A stretch of DNA of 64,000 nucleotides from Tepidisphaera sp. (lineage in GTDB: Bacteria > Planctomycetota > Phycisphaerae > Phycisphaerales > UBA1924). Where the stretch lies: contig CP051526.1 in NCBI GenBank assembly GCA_050916045.1, positions 3,520,001 through 3,584,000 of the forward strand, written 5' to 3'. A program made the translations under genes and the position numbers. Numbering within the stretch: position 1 is the stretch's first letter; every line of letters starts with the position of its first letter. The notes beneath the pieces were generated by a model. That model made no database searches. It was given only the letters and a program-made list of their open reading frames with translations, and was not told the origin of the DNA. Below, in pieces: positions 50,288 to 59,980 of this stretch.

Positions 50288-51916
50288 ATGATTCGCCTCA
50301 CCGAGATCCCCCTCCCGCTCGATCATCCGCCCTCGGCCATCGCCGAAGCCGCCGCCGCTCGGCTTCGCCTCCCTCCGGACCAACTCCTCTCCTGCACCGT
50401 CTTCCGCCGCGCTCACGACGCCCGCGACAAGCGCGCCATCATGCTCGTCTACTCGCTCGACGTCGAGGTCGTGGGCGAAGCGGAAGTCCTCCGACGCTTC
50501 GCCCACAAAGCGAACGTCAAGCCCACGCCCAACATCGACTACTCGTTCGTTGCCCACGCCGCCCAACCGCTCCCCACGCGTCCCCTGGTCATCGGGGCCG
50601 GCCCCTGCGGGCTTTTCGCGGCCTTGCTCCTCGCCCAGATGGGCTTGCGGCCGATCATCCTCGAACGCGGCCGGGTCGTTCGCGAACGCACCAAGGACAC
50701 CTGGGACCTCTGGCGCAAGTCCGTCCTCCATACCGAGTCCAACGTCCAGTACGGCGAGGGCGGCGCGGGGACCTTCTCCGACGGCAAGCTCTACAGCCAG
50801 ATCAAAGACCCGCGACACCTTGGCCGCAAAGTCCTCACCGAGTTCGTCAAAGCCGGCGCCCCGCCCGAGATCCTGACCGAGGCCCACCCGCACATCGGCA
50901 CCTTCCGCCTCGTCAAGATGGTCGAGAACATGCGGGCCACCATCGAATCCCTTGGCGGCGAATACCGCTTCGAAACCCGTGTCACCGACTTTGACATCGA
51001 AACCCGCGCCGACGGCACACGCCAACTCCGCGGCGTCATGCTCGCCAGCGGCGAACACGTCGCGTCGGACCACGTCGTCTTGGCGGTCGGCCATAGCTCT
51101 CGCGACACGTTCCAGATCCTGCACGACCGGGACGTCTACGTCGAAGCCAAGCCTTTCTCCATCGGCTTTCGCATCGAGCACCCCCAGTCGCTCGTCGATA
51201 TGGCCCGCTTCGGCCCAAGCGCGGGCAACACCATCCTCGGCGCGGCGGACTACAAGCTCGTGCACCATGCTTCCAACGGGCGAAGCGTCTACAGCTTCTG
51301 CATGTGCCCGGGCGGCACGGTCGTCGCCGCCACCTCCGAAGAAGGCCGCGTCGTCACCAACGGCATGAGCCAATACTCGCGATCCGAACGCAACGCCAAC
51401 GCGGGCATCGTCGTCGGCATCACGCCCGAAGAGGACTATCCCGGCGGCCCCCTCGCGGGCATCGCGTTCCAACGCAAGTGGGAATCAGCCGCGTTCGTCG
51501 CGGGCGGCGGCACCTACGCCGCGCCCGCCCAGCGCGTGGCCGACTTCCTCGCCGGTCGCCCCAGCACGTCCCTCGGCAAAGTCATCCCGTCGTACAAACC
51601 GGGCGTCTTTCCCACCGACCTTTCGCCGTGCCTGCCAAGCTACGCCATCGTCGCCATTCGCGAAGCCCTCAAGAAGTTCGGCCGACAGATCAAGGGCTTC
51701 GACATGCCCGACGCGGTCCTCACCGGCGTCGAGACGCGCACCTCCTCACCCATCCGCATCAACCGCGATGACCACTACCAGAGTCTCAACACCCGGGGCC
51801 TCTATCCCGCCGGAGAAGGCGCGGGCTACGCCGGAGGCATCCTCTCCGCGGGCGTCGACGGCATCAAGGTCGCGGAAGCGGTCGCGCGGAGCATGCTGGG
51901 TGTTCATACTCCGTGA
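50288..51916 (+). CDS. FAD-dependent oxidoreductase (uncharacterised NAD(FAD)-dependent dehydrogenase family)
   Basis: IGAGPCG, GEGGAGTFSDGKL, HIGT, SFCMCPGG, ETRTSSP and GEGAGYAGGI. Confidence 0.88.
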   Translation: MIRLTEIPLPLDHPPSAIAEAAAARLRLPPDQLLSCTVFRRAHDARDKRAIMLVYSLDVEVVGEAEVLRRFAHKANVKPTPNIDYSFVAHAAQPLPTRPLVIGAGPCGLFAALLLAQMGLRPIILERGRVVRERTKDTWDLWRKSVLHTESNVQYGEGGAGTFSDGKLYSQIKDPRHLGRKVLTEFVKAGAPPEILTEAHPHIGTFRLVKMVENMRATIESLGGEYRFETRVTDFDIETRADGTRQLRGVMLASGEHVASDHVVLAVGHSSRDTFQILHDRDVYVEAKPFSIGFRIEHPQSLVDMARFGPSAGNTILGAADYKLVHHASNGRSVYSFCMCPGGTVVAATSEEGRVVTNGMSQYSRSERNANAGIVVGITPEEDYPGGPLAGIAFQRKWESAAFVAGGGTYAAPAQRVADFLAGRPSTSLGKVIPSYKPGVFPTDLSPCLPSYAIVAIREALKKFGRQIKGFDMPDAVLTGVETRTSSPIRINRDDHYQSLNTRGLYPAGEGAGYAGGILSAGVDGIKVAEAVARSMLGVHTP

Positions 51917-51970
51917 TTGGTGCATCGGTCGGTGCGGACGTCGCCGACAAAGGCATGCGGAGCTGAACTC

Positions 51971-52612
51971 CTACACCGTCCCGTACATCCGGTCCCCCGC
52001 GTCCCCAAGCCCCGGGCAGATGTACCCGCGCTCGTTCAGCTGGCGGTCCAGAGCCGCCGTGTAGATCGTGACGTCCGGGTGCTCGCCAAGCATCTTGCGC
52101 ACGCCCTCCGGAGCCGCGACCAGCGCGATCATGCGGATGTCCTTGGCCCCCGCTTCCTTCAGCAGGCGGATCGCCGCGCGAGCGGAGCCGCCGGTGGCGA
52201 GCATCGGGTCAACGAGAATCACCGGGCCGTTCGCCAGGTCCTTGGGCAGTTTGCGGAGGTACGTCACCGGCTCGAGCGTCTCCTCATCGCGGGCCAGACC
52301 CAGATGCCCCACCCGTGCTTCGGGCATCATCTCCAGGATCCCCTCCGTCATCGCCAGGCCCGACCGAAGCACCGGCACCACGGTGATCGTTCCCGCAAGC
52401 CGGCGACAGGTCGCAAGCTCGAGCGGCGTCTGTACCTCGACCGCCTCCGTCGGGAACGTCCGCGTCGCTTCGAAAACCATCAGCCCGGCGATCTGATAAA
52501 GGAGAGCCCGGAAGGGACGAAAGCTCGTCGACTGATCCCGGATCCAGCTGAGCTTGTGCTGGATGAGCGGATGATCGAACACCACCAGGTTCGGGAATTC
52601 GGTCGAGCGCAT
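51971..52612 (-). CDS. upp: Uracil phosphoribosyltransferase
   Basis: HPLIQHKL, VPVLRSG, RDEETL, DPMLATGGS and PGLGDAGDR. Confidence 0.96.
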   Translation of the reverse strand: MRSTEFPNLVVFDHPLIQHKLSWIRDQSTSFRPFRALLYQIAGLMVFEATRTFPTEAVEVQTPLELATCRRLAGTITVVPVLRSGLAMTEGILEMMPEARVGHLGLARDEETLEPVTYLRKLPKDLANGPVILVDPMLATGGSARAAIRLLKEAGAKDIRMIALVAAPEGVRKMLGEHPDVTIYTAALDRQLNERGYICPGLGDAGDRMYGTV

Positions 52613-52650
52613 GCCTGGCCTCCCCCCCACCGCGCCGATCGTCGCGCCGG

Positions 52651-53193
52651 TCATCGGACCGTCCGGTTGAGCTGAACAACCTTGTCAGCGACCTCGTTGG
52701 GCACGGGGAACGACAGGTTGTACTGGGACACCAGCCAGCGGCCCCCGAGCTTGCGAAGCACGCCCGATCCGCGGCAAAGCCCGTACTTCTCGTTCATCAG
52801 CATCTCGTCGAACCACGCGGTGTTCCCGGCTTGCTCGATCACCACGTTCCTCGACTCGGGCACGAGGGCGTACGCCCAGCCCTGGCCCTGATCGAAGTAG
52901 TGCTTCACGAACTTCGCGAACTCCGCGCTGTTCCATCGCTCCTTGGGATCCGTCCCCAGGAAGATCAGATCCGGTGCAAAGCACCCGAGATACCCGCCCA
53001 AATCCGCTTTCGCCGCCGCCGCGTGCATCGCGTCAAGCGTCGTATTCACCCCGCGACGCTCAGCGGAAAAATCGACGATCAGAGCTTTCAAACGCTCCTC
53101 CTCCGCCTTTGCGGCTTTCCCGGACGAGCAGGACACCTGACCGCCAACCGCCACAACCGCCAAGCCCCAAAGCACCATGGATCGGATCTTCAT
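52651..53193 (-). CDS. SnoaL/NTF2-like domain exported protein
   Basis: Signal or lipoprotein-like N-terminus. HAAAAKAD, FLGTDPKERW, AWFDE, CRGSGVL and QYNLS. Confidence 0.82.
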   Translation of the reverse strand: MKIRSMVLWGLAVVAVGGQVSCSSGKAAKAEEERLKALIVDFSAERRGVNTTLDAMHAAAAKADLGGYLGCFAPDLIFLGTDPKERWNSAEFAKFVKHYFDQGQGWAYALVPESRNVVIEQAGNTAWFDEMLMNEKYGLCRGSGVLRKLGGRWLVSQYNLSFPVPNEVADKVVQLNRTVR

Positions 53194-53283
53194 GTCGGCA
53201 TTCTACCGAAACCAGCCCCACCCCGGCAGCCCACGCCCGTCCCCTGTGCACACATCGCAACACCCCTCGCTACCCTCCGCCCA

Positions 53284-54207
53284 GTGGACGTCCACCTCCT
53301 CTACAACCCGCGATCCGGAGCCGGACGCGCCCGCCTGCTCGCGGCCCGGTTCGAATCAGCGCTCCGCGCCGCCGGCATCCCCGTCTTCCCCCATCCGACG
53401 CACGATGAGCGTGGCGCACTCAACCCCCCTCCCCAGCCGGGCCTCCTCGGAGGCTCGCTTCTGGCCGTCATCGGGGGAGATGGCACGATCCACCACGCAG
53501 CGCCCCTCGCGGCCCGCTCGGGAGCCGCTCTCTACCACATCCCCGCCGGAACCGAGAACCTCTTCGCCCGACACCACAGCATGGACGCGAGCCCGGAAAC
53601 GCTCATCCGTGCGCTCCGCTCACCACGCATCGTCCCGATGGATCTTGGCGCCTGCAACGACCACCCTTTTGTGCTGATGGCTTCCATCGGGCCCGACGCG
53701 AGCGTCATCCACCGGCTGGACGGCACACGCACCGGGCCGATCAAGCAGTCCTCGTACGTGGTGCCGATCCTGCGGGAGTTCTTCGATCCTCAACTGCCCC
53801 GGCTTGACGTGGTGGTCGATGGCAAGCCTTGGCTCCGCGCCGCTCGTGGCATCTTGGTGGTCGGGAACAGCCCCCACTACGCCTGGAGGTTGAACCCGGC
53901 TCGCCAAGCCGTCGCGGACGACGGCTTGCTGGACGCGGCTTTCTACCCCTGCGAGACCATTGCCGACACCATGGGCTGGGCGGCCACCCTTCTCGTCCAA
54001 CGATCCGGCTCGCTGGGTGGCGCGCCCGCGCGGCGCGGACGGCAATTCGTCGCCCACTCCCTTGACGGCCCGGCACGGCTCCAGATGGACGGTGAGGTCC
54101 CGCCGCGCCGACCAGCACCCGATCAGGGTGCTGAGTCCGATCAGTTCAAGTTTGAAGTCCGACCCGGTGTTCTCAAGGTTCTCAGCCCGATTACAAATCT
54201 TACATAG
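53284..54207 (+). CDS. Diacylglycerol kinase family lipid kinase
   Basis: YNPRSG, IGGDGT, IPAGTENLFA, DDGLLD and QMDGE. GTG start at 53284. Confidence 0.87.
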   Translation: MDVHLLYNPRSGAGRARLLAARFESALRAAGIPVFPHPTHDERGALNPPPQPGLLGGSLLAVIGGDGTIHHAAPLAARSGAALYHIPAGTENLFARHHSMDASPETLIRALRSPRIVPMDLGACNDHPFVLMASIGPDASVIHRLDGTRTGPIKQSSYVVPILREFFDPQLPRLDVVVDGKPWLRAARGILVVGNSPHYAWRLNPARQAVADDGLLDAAFYPCETIADTMGWAATLLVQRSGSLGGAPARRGRQFVAHSLDGPARLQMDGEVPPRRPAPDQGAESDQFKFEVRPGVLKVLSPITNLT

Positions 54208-54318
54208 ACCAAACATCATGCGAATCATTGTGCCGGAGATCCCGCGAAGGCCGCGAGGCCGAAAGGAAAGCCGGTACGATACGAGGAGCAGGGTGGCCTG
54301 CACGGGTGAGGGGAATCT

Positions 54319-54846
54319 ATGGAAGATCGACGATGTGGGCATCAGTGTGGCTGTCATCGGACCGGATTGGGGCCGGCGGCTTTGGCCGTGGACCTCTCGG
54401 ATGAGACTGGCAAGCTGACCACGAACGATCAGACCGGGCTGTCCGATCTCCTCCGCCGCGCGGGAGCCGAGCTCGACGCCTCCGGCGAGATTCGGCTTCG
54501 GGTCGTGGACGACGCCGTCATGGCCGACCTGCACCGGAGGCACTCGGGAATCCCCGGCACTACGGACGTCCTGACGTTTGACCTCCGCCCGATGGGGCTG
54601 GGCCCGCTTGATACCGATATCGTCGTCTGCTGGGACGAAGCCGTGCGGCAAGCGTCCGTGCGAGGCCACTCTCCGCAGCGCGAGCTTCTGCTTTACGGCC
54701 TGCACGGCATCCTGCACTGCATGGGCCACGACGATCATGACGAGCTCGCGTACGCCCGGATGCACGCGGCCGAAGACGCGGTCCTGACGGCAATCGGCGT
54801 CGGGCCGGTCTTTGCCAAGCCCGCCACCGAAGGAGGAGCATCTTGA
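54319..54846 (+). CDS. ybeY: rRNA maturation RNase YbeY
   Basis: TTDVLTF and HGILHCMGHDD (HxxxHxxGxD variant). It overlaps the next gene; the real start may be the GTG at 54388. Confidence 0.85.
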   Translation: MEDRRCGHQCGCHRTGLGPAALAVDLSDETGKLTTNDQTGLSDLLRRAGAELDASGEIRLRVVDDAVMADLHRRHSGIPGTTDVLTFDLRPMGLGPLDTDIVVCWDEAVRQASVRGHSPQRELLLYGLHGILHCMGHDDHDELAYARMHAAEDAVLTAIGVGPVFAKPATEGGAS

Positions 54847-56222
54847 ACGCGGCTGCCTGGCTCTGGACCGCTGTGCTCGCCGTCGCGGTCGGCGGGTTTG
54901 TCTCGTCGCTTTTCCACGCGCTGTCGGACCTTTCCCGCGCCCGCCTCGAAGAGATCGCGGCGGAGCAGAAGAGCGCCTGGCGCGAACGAAGCCTCAAAGC
55001 GGTGCTCGCGAATCTCTCCGGGCACGCCCACGCCGTCGGGCTTCTCCGCATCCTCTGCAACGCCACCGCCGCGGTCACGACGACGCTTGGAATCAACCTC
55101 CTCCGCGCTGCGGACCCCTCAAACCCGCCGCCCCCGGGCTGGGTGGACATGAGCTTGGGCGTGCCGCTCGCCGCCGTCGTCGTCTGGATGTTCGGCCTGA
55201 TCATCCCGGCCAGCGTCGCTCGCCACGCCGGCGAGCAGGCCGTGTACGCCTTCGCTCCCTTCATCCGCCTGGTCTTCGCCGCGACGCTCCCAGTGCAGGC
55301 CGTCGCGAAGTTCCTCGACGAGGTCGTCCGCCGCCTCTCGGGCCAGACGGCACAGCAGAAAGCCGAGGAGATCAAAGAGGAAGTCCTCTCCGTCGTCGAG
55401 GAAGCCACCCAGGAGGGCGGGTTCGACGAAGCCGAAGCCGACATGATCGAAGCCGTCGTTCACTTCAGCGGGACCACCGTCGGCCAGATCATGACCCCGC
55501 GCACCGAGATCGAAGCGATGGAGCTGACCAACGACCTCGGTCGCGTCATCGCTCAGGTCAGAAAGGGCGGCAAGAGTCGCATCCCCGTCTACGAGGGCTC
55601 GCTCGACAAGATCGTCGGCATTTTCTACGTGAAGGACCTCATGCGCTGGCTCGCGGGCGAGGGCCGGTCGGGCGGCAAGCCCTTCGCTCTTCGCACCATC
55701 CTGCGACCCGCGATTTTCGTCCCCGAAACCAAGACCGTCCGCGAGCTGCTTCAGGAACTCATCGAGAAACGCGTCCACATCGCGATCGTCGCGGATGAGT
55801 TCGGCGGCACCGCCGGCCTCGTCACCTTCGAGGACATCACCGAGCAGGTCTTCGGCGACATCCAGGACGAATACGAGGTCCCCGAATCCCTCGAGAGCGA
55901 CGTCACCATCGAGCAGGGCGGCGCCCAGATCGACGCCCGTGCGTACATCACCGACGTCAACGAGCAGCTCGAACCCCTGGGCATCAAGCTCCCCGAGGGC
56001 GAGGACTACGACACCGTCGGCGGATGGGTCACGGTCTCGATGGGCCGCATCCCCGGCAAGGGCGACAACGCCACGCTCGAGGGAATCGCCGTCGAGGTGC
56101 TCGAAGCCGAGCCCACCCGCGTCACGCGCGTGCGACTCTCCCGACGATCGATCGACCCCGCCGCCGAAGGCCCGCAGGGCGAAGCCCGCGACGCCGCGAG
56201 CATCGCCTCCGCCGAGGAATAA
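54843..56222 (+). CDS. Hemolysin/CorC family protein (CNNM TM region, CBS pair, CorC_HlyC domain)
   Basis: IMTPRTEI, SRIPVY, FVPETK, DEFGGTAGLVTFEDI and DYDTVGG. Confidence 0.9.
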   Translation: MNAAAWLWTAVLAVAVGGFVSSLFHALSDLSRARLEEIAAEQKSAWRERSLKAVLANLSGHAHAVGLLRILCNATAAVTTTLGINLLRAADPSNPPPPGWVDMSLGVPLAAVVVWMFGLIIPASVARHAGEQAVYAFAPFIRLVFAATLPVQAVAKFLDEVVRRLSGQTAQQKAEEIKEEVLSVVEEATQEGGFDEAEADMIEAVVHFSGTTVGQIMTPRTEIEAMELTNDLGRVIAQVRKGGKSRIPVYEGSLDKIVGIFYVKDLMRWLAGEGRSGGKPFALRTILRPAIFVPETKTVRELLQELIEKRVHIAIVADEFGGTAGLVTFEDITEQVFGDIQDEYEVPESLESDVTIEQGGAQIDARAYITDVNEQLEPLGIKLPEGEDYDTVGGWVTVSMGRIPGKGDNATLEGIAVEVLEAEPTRVTRVRLSRRSIDPAAEGPQGEARDAASIASAEE

Positions 56223-56231
56223 CCCCGTTCC

Positions 56232-56705
56232 ATGATCCGACACCGCCTCGTGCTTGCCCTCTCGCCCGTTGCCGCGCCAGCCGACGCTTCCGCGCGTCAC
56301 CCCACGCTTGCCGACCAAGAGCAGCTCGCCGAACTGATGTTCCACGCATACCGCGGGACGATCGACGATTCCGGAGAGACCCTCGCGGACGCCCATGTCG
56401 AAGCCCGCAAGTTTTTCGACGGCGGGTACGGCCCGCTCTCGCTCGGCTGCAGCGAGGTGACCGAGCGTGACGGACGCATCGTGGCCGCGACGCTCGTCAC
56501 GCGCTGGGAGGGCGTGCCGCTGCTCGCGATGACGATGACGCACCCGGAATGGAAACGGCGCGGGCTGGCCCGGGCTTCGATGCTCAGGGTGATCAACTTG
56601 CTCTGCGAGCACGGGGAGCGCGAGGTGCACCTGGCGGTGACCGCCGGAAATCCGGCCGAGACGATGTACCGGCAGTTGGGCTTTGCCGACTTTGTCCGCG
56701 GCTGA
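56232..56705 (+). CDS. GNAT N-acetyltransferase
   Basis: MTHPEWKRRGLA, LAVTAGNPA and YRQLGF. Confidence 0.85.
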   Translation: MIRHRLVLALSPVAAPADASARHPTLADQEQLAELMFHAYRGTIDDSGETLADAHVEARKFFDGGYGPLSLGCSEVTERDGRIVAATLVTRWEGVPLLAMTMTHPEWKRRGLARASMLRVINLLCEHGEREVHLAVTAGNPAETMYRQLGFADFVRG

Positions 56706-56720
56706 CCGAAGCTCGGGCGG

Positions 56721-56770
56721 AAAAAGAAAGCGGGCGTGCTCATCGGGATGAGCACGCCCGCGTTGTTTGT
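56721..56770. terminator. Bidirectional terminator between convergent genes
   Basis: 14-bp stem GCGGGCGTGCTCAT/ATGAGCACGCCCGC (56730-56761), A-rich on the left and T-rich on the right. Confidence 0.8.
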
Positions 56771-56784
56771 GAACGATGGACCGC

Positions 56785-59574
56785 TTAACAGCCGGCTTCG
56801 AACGCCGTCACGAAGTCGGCGTAGTCGAAGAAGTCCGCGAAGCCGTCGCCGTTGAAGTCGGCGTTCTTCCCGGGCGGGCAGTTGCCTTCGAAGCAAGCGA
56901 CGTAATCGCCGTAGTCGAAGAAGTCCAGGAACCCGTCACCGTTGAAGTCCGGAGCGCAGGTCACGCAGCCGAACTCGGTCACGCGGACGGAGTCAAACGC
57001 GGCTTCGACGGTGGAATCAAGCACGCCGTCGCCGACCGTGATCCTCATGTAGAAGCGGTCGGACTTGAGGTTGGCGGGAAGCTCGAAGTTCTTGAAGATC
57101 CAGCCGCCGACGGCTTCAGGGCCGGTCGGGCCGGCGCGGTCGAGGCGGGTGAAGTCGATTCCGCCGTTGGAAGAGACCTCGATGGACATCGAGTCGCCGC
57201 CCGGATTCGGGCCGGTGTTGTTGCTCAACCAGCGGGCGTACGAGAGGTACACCAGACCCCCGCGCGTGTCGAGCCCGCGGGTGTAGAGGCGGACCGACTG
57301 GCCGTCGATGTCCTCGCCCGGAGCAAGACCCGTCACGTAGCAGAACCCGTCGCCGCCGAAGTCGGCCGAGGGAGCGCCCGACGAAGCCTGCGGGATGCCG
57401 CGTTCCCAGCCGCCCGGATTCGCCGGCACCGTCTCGCTCGTCAGCCACGTGCCATCGTTGGTCGCAAAGTCCGAACCATACTTGACGATCGCCTGACCGG
57501 CGGAGAGCGCCGTGTAGTAGCCGGTGCCCACGGGGCTCCGGGCGTTGCCGCCCGTCGTCGCCGCCAGGAACGCGAAGGAGAGGCGGTCAAGGCACGGCGT
57601 AGCGGGAAGCGTCGCGATGTACTCGTTCACACCGATGCGCTGCATCGGCGTGATGACATCCGCCTGACCGGGAAGCTTGGAGACAAGCGAAGCGTTGCCG
57701 TCGATCGGCGTCGCCGCAAGACCCGCAACGCGGACACGCACCGTCTGGGTCGTGTTGGGACGAAGCGACGTCGGCAGGCCCTCGGGGAAATCGAACGTCG
57801 CGAGCGTCAGGGGCGGAGCGTTCATGTTGTGGAGCGAGAAGCCGGCGTTGATCTCCGCGTAGTGCGGCGTGCCGTTGGTGATGTCGCCGTCGGTATCGTC
57901 CAACGTCAGCCAGTCGATCGTGATGTCCGGCGCGATGTTGCCCTGACCCGCGTGCAGAGGCACCGCGTTCACCGCGAGACGCGCCAGAATCGTGCGGTAA
58001 TCGGTGATCCCAGCCGAAACCATCACGTTCCGCGTGTCCCACACGCAGCCGGAGATGAGCATGCCGCAGTCGTGGAAGCCGCCGTTGCACGGGTAAGTCC
58101 GCAGCGTGCGAGCGTCACGCAGACCGTTGTTGCAGTCGTTGAAGAACCCGAACGCAAGCACCGGCTGATCGGTGATCAGCACGCCCATCACGTCCGACAT
58201 GCCCTCGCCGTACTGGTCCTGGAGCGAACCGCCCGTGTTCACGAGGTGGTGCCCGTACTCGTGGTGCACGATGTCGTTGTACGCCGTGTTGGGGCAGCCG
58301 CCGCCCGCGTTGAAGAAGTTCGTCGAGTCGTTGGGGAAGTAGAACGCGTTGCACGTCCCGCTCACGCCGACGTTGATCCGCCACTCCGTCTGCGTCGAGA
58401 TCGTCGGGTAGTTCGGCGAAGCCGCGAGGATGAAGTCACGCACCACGACGTGGTGGTGGTACGCGTTCACCTCGGCGCGGGCCATCTCGGAGGTGTTGGC
58501 CGCGTTGAGGACGATGTCGGGCGCCGCGCCCGGCGCGGTCGCGTTCACGCTGATCGCCGGAGCGTCGGCGCTGGGATTGAAGACGCGGAAGTGGATGCCG
58601 CGCGGGCTGCCAGAGATCGTCGCCGGCCCGTTCGCGAGGTTCAGCGTGTAGTTGCCGGCCGCATCGGTGAACGTCGTCGCGGCGCCGCTCGTGACGCGGA
58701 GATCCTTGAGCGGGATCGAGGCTTCCTCGTTGCACTCCGCGGACTTGAGGCCCTGCGTCGCGATGCCGCGAACGCGGCCGGTCACGTCGGCGTTGCAGAT
58801 CATGTTTTCGGTGCTGATCACGCGGCCCGTCGCGGCGTCCGCGATCACACGCCACGCGCCGAAACCGGGCGAGATCGTCGACTCATGCGTCTTGGCGACA
58901 AACGAAAGCGCGAGAACCGGAGGCGTCTGAGCTTCCAGCGTTCCGGCATAGATGACAAGCTCATAGTCGCCCATGATGCCGTTCTTGACCGCGGGCAGCG
59001 CCTCGCGGATCGCCGCGTCCGCCGCGGCGAAGTTGGGGTTCTCCGCGACCGCGCGATCGACCCGGAAATCACCCAGATCGAACGTCGCATTCGTCACCAG
59101 CACCAGCGGATTGCCCGGCTCGTTGCGGACCAGCGCCCGCACGTGCGACCGGTACACCTCCACGCCGTCGCGGTGCTGGCCGTAGCCCACCAGTGTGAAC
59201 TTCATCCCGCCGTTGCCGTCGGGCATCAGCGGCACCGTCATCACGCCGTCTTCCGAAAGCGTCCGCTGGAAAAGATCAGACCCCTGAACGCCGAGAACGC
59301 CCGCGAATCGCCGAAGGAAAGCGTTCGCGCTCGAGACCGCGTCCTCGCCCTCGGAGAACGCCGGACCGTACACGCGCGTCACGCGCTCGCCCTCGCGATA
59401 GAACCGCGCCAGCGGATGCGTGCGAGCGAAATCCTCCGCCACGCTCAAATGCACCGCAGCCGGGCCCTGCTCATTGACCGGGGAAAATCCCTGCCTTGGC
59501 TCGAGAGCGATCGCCGCTCCCGCCGCCGCCGCAAACGCTGCCGCTGTCCATCCGCGCAACACCCGTGCATTCAT
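56785..59574 (-). CDS. Secreted thermolysin/fungalysin-like (M4/M36) metallopeptidase with GC-ending dockerin-like tail
   Basis: Signal peptide, FTP/PepSY-like propeptide, CNAFY, HHEYGH and GEGMSD. C-terminal twin DFNGDGF.DFFDY repeats end in AFEAGC. The ATG at 59574 follows GAGGAG. Confidence 0.85.
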   Translation of the reverse strand: MNARVLRGWTAAAFAAAAGAAIALEPRQGFSPVNEQGPAAVHLSVAEDFARTHPLARFYREGERVTRVYGPAFSEGEDAVSSANAFLRRFAGVLGVQGSDLFQRTLSEDGVMTVPLMPDGNGGMKFTLVGYGQHRDGVEVYRSHVRALVRNEPGNPLVLVTNATFDLGDFRVDRAVAENPNFAAADAAIREALPAVKNGIMGDYELVIYAGTLEAQTPPVLALSFVAKTHESTISPGFGAWRVIADAATGRVISTENMICNADVTGRVRGIATQGLKSAECNEEASIPLKDLRVTSGAATTFTDAAGNYTLNLANGPATISGSPRGIHFRVFNPSADAPAISVNATAPGAAPDIVLNAANTSEMARAEVNAYHHHVVVRDFILAASPNYPTISTQTEWRINVGVSGTCNAFYFPNDSTNFFNAGGGCPNTAYNDIVHHEYGHHLVNTGGSLQDQYGEGMSDVMGVLITDQPVLAFGFFNDCNNGLRDARTLRTYPCNGGFHDCGMLISGCVWDTRNVMVSAGITDYRTILARLAVNAVPLHAGQGNIAPDITIDWLTLDDTDGDITNGTPHYAEINAGFSLHNMNAPPLTLATFDFPEGLPTSLRPNTTQTVRVRVAGLAATPIDGNASLVSKLPGQADVITPMQRIGVNEYIATLPATPCLDRLSFAFLAATTGGNARSPVGTGYYTALSAGQAIVKYGSDFATNDGTWLTSETVPANPGGWERGIPQASSGAPSADFGGDGFCYVTGLAPGEDIDGQSVRLYTRGLDTRGGLVYLSYARWLSNNTGPNPGGDSMSIEVSSNGGIDFTRLDRAGPTGPEAVGGWIFKNFELPANLKSDRFYMRITVGDGVLDSTVEAAFDSVRVTEFGCVTCAPDFNGDGFLDFFDYGDYVACFEGNCPPGKNADFNGDGFADFFDYADFVTAFEAGC

Positions 59575-59748
59575 TTCAGAACTCCTCGTGGCCGCGTCGT
59601 CACCCGAAAGCCGGGCTTCGGCGCGATCAAACAGATTACCACAACGGTATCCTAATTGTTCCCAAACACGATTGGTTTCCGCAAACTTTGAGCCGCCACA
59701 ACCCGGGAACCCCTTGGAGGCGATGGTGAGAGCCAAACGCCACAGCGG

Positions 59749-59788
59749 AAAAACAACACCGCCCGGACCTTGAGGTCCGGGCGGTGTT
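59749..59788 (-). terminator. Rho-independent terminator of the tRNA gene
   Basis: 15-bp stem AACACCGCCCGGACC/GGTCCGGGCGGTGTT followed by GTTTTT on the minus strand. Confidence 0.8.
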
Positions 59789-59793
59789 CAAAG

Positions 59794-59868
59794 TGGAGGC
59801 GACGAGACTCGAACTCGTGACCTCATCCATGCCATGGATGCGCTCTACCAAAACTGAGCTACGCCCCC
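59794..59868 (-). tRNA. tRNA-Ala (GGC), CCA not encoded
   Basis: Acceptor stem GGGGGCG/CGCCTCC with G3:U70, TAGCTCAG D-arm, CATCC-ATGGCAT-GGATG anticodon arm, GTTCGA T-loop and discriminator A. Confidence 0.96.
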
Positions 59869-59918
59869 GTATCCACTTTTTGCCCCGACCCGCCGCCGAA
59901 GCGTCAGGCCGAGTCACC

Positions 59919-59946
59919 ATCCTAGGGCCCAGCCCCGGAGGGTCAA
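59919..59946 (-). promoter_or_regulatory. Sigma70-type promoter of tRNA-Ala
   Basis: Minus strand TTGACC, 16 nt spacer, TAGGAT, about 50 nt upstream of the tRNA. Confidence 0.6.
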
Positions 59947-59980
59947 GCCCTCAGCCTATCGGCTGTCGTGAGGCCCGACT

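Noticed and set aside
59575..59868. Integrative element at the tRNA-Ala 3' end
   Set aside because: There is no integrase and I noticed no duplicated tRNA 3' end. The tRNA is followed directly by its terminator.
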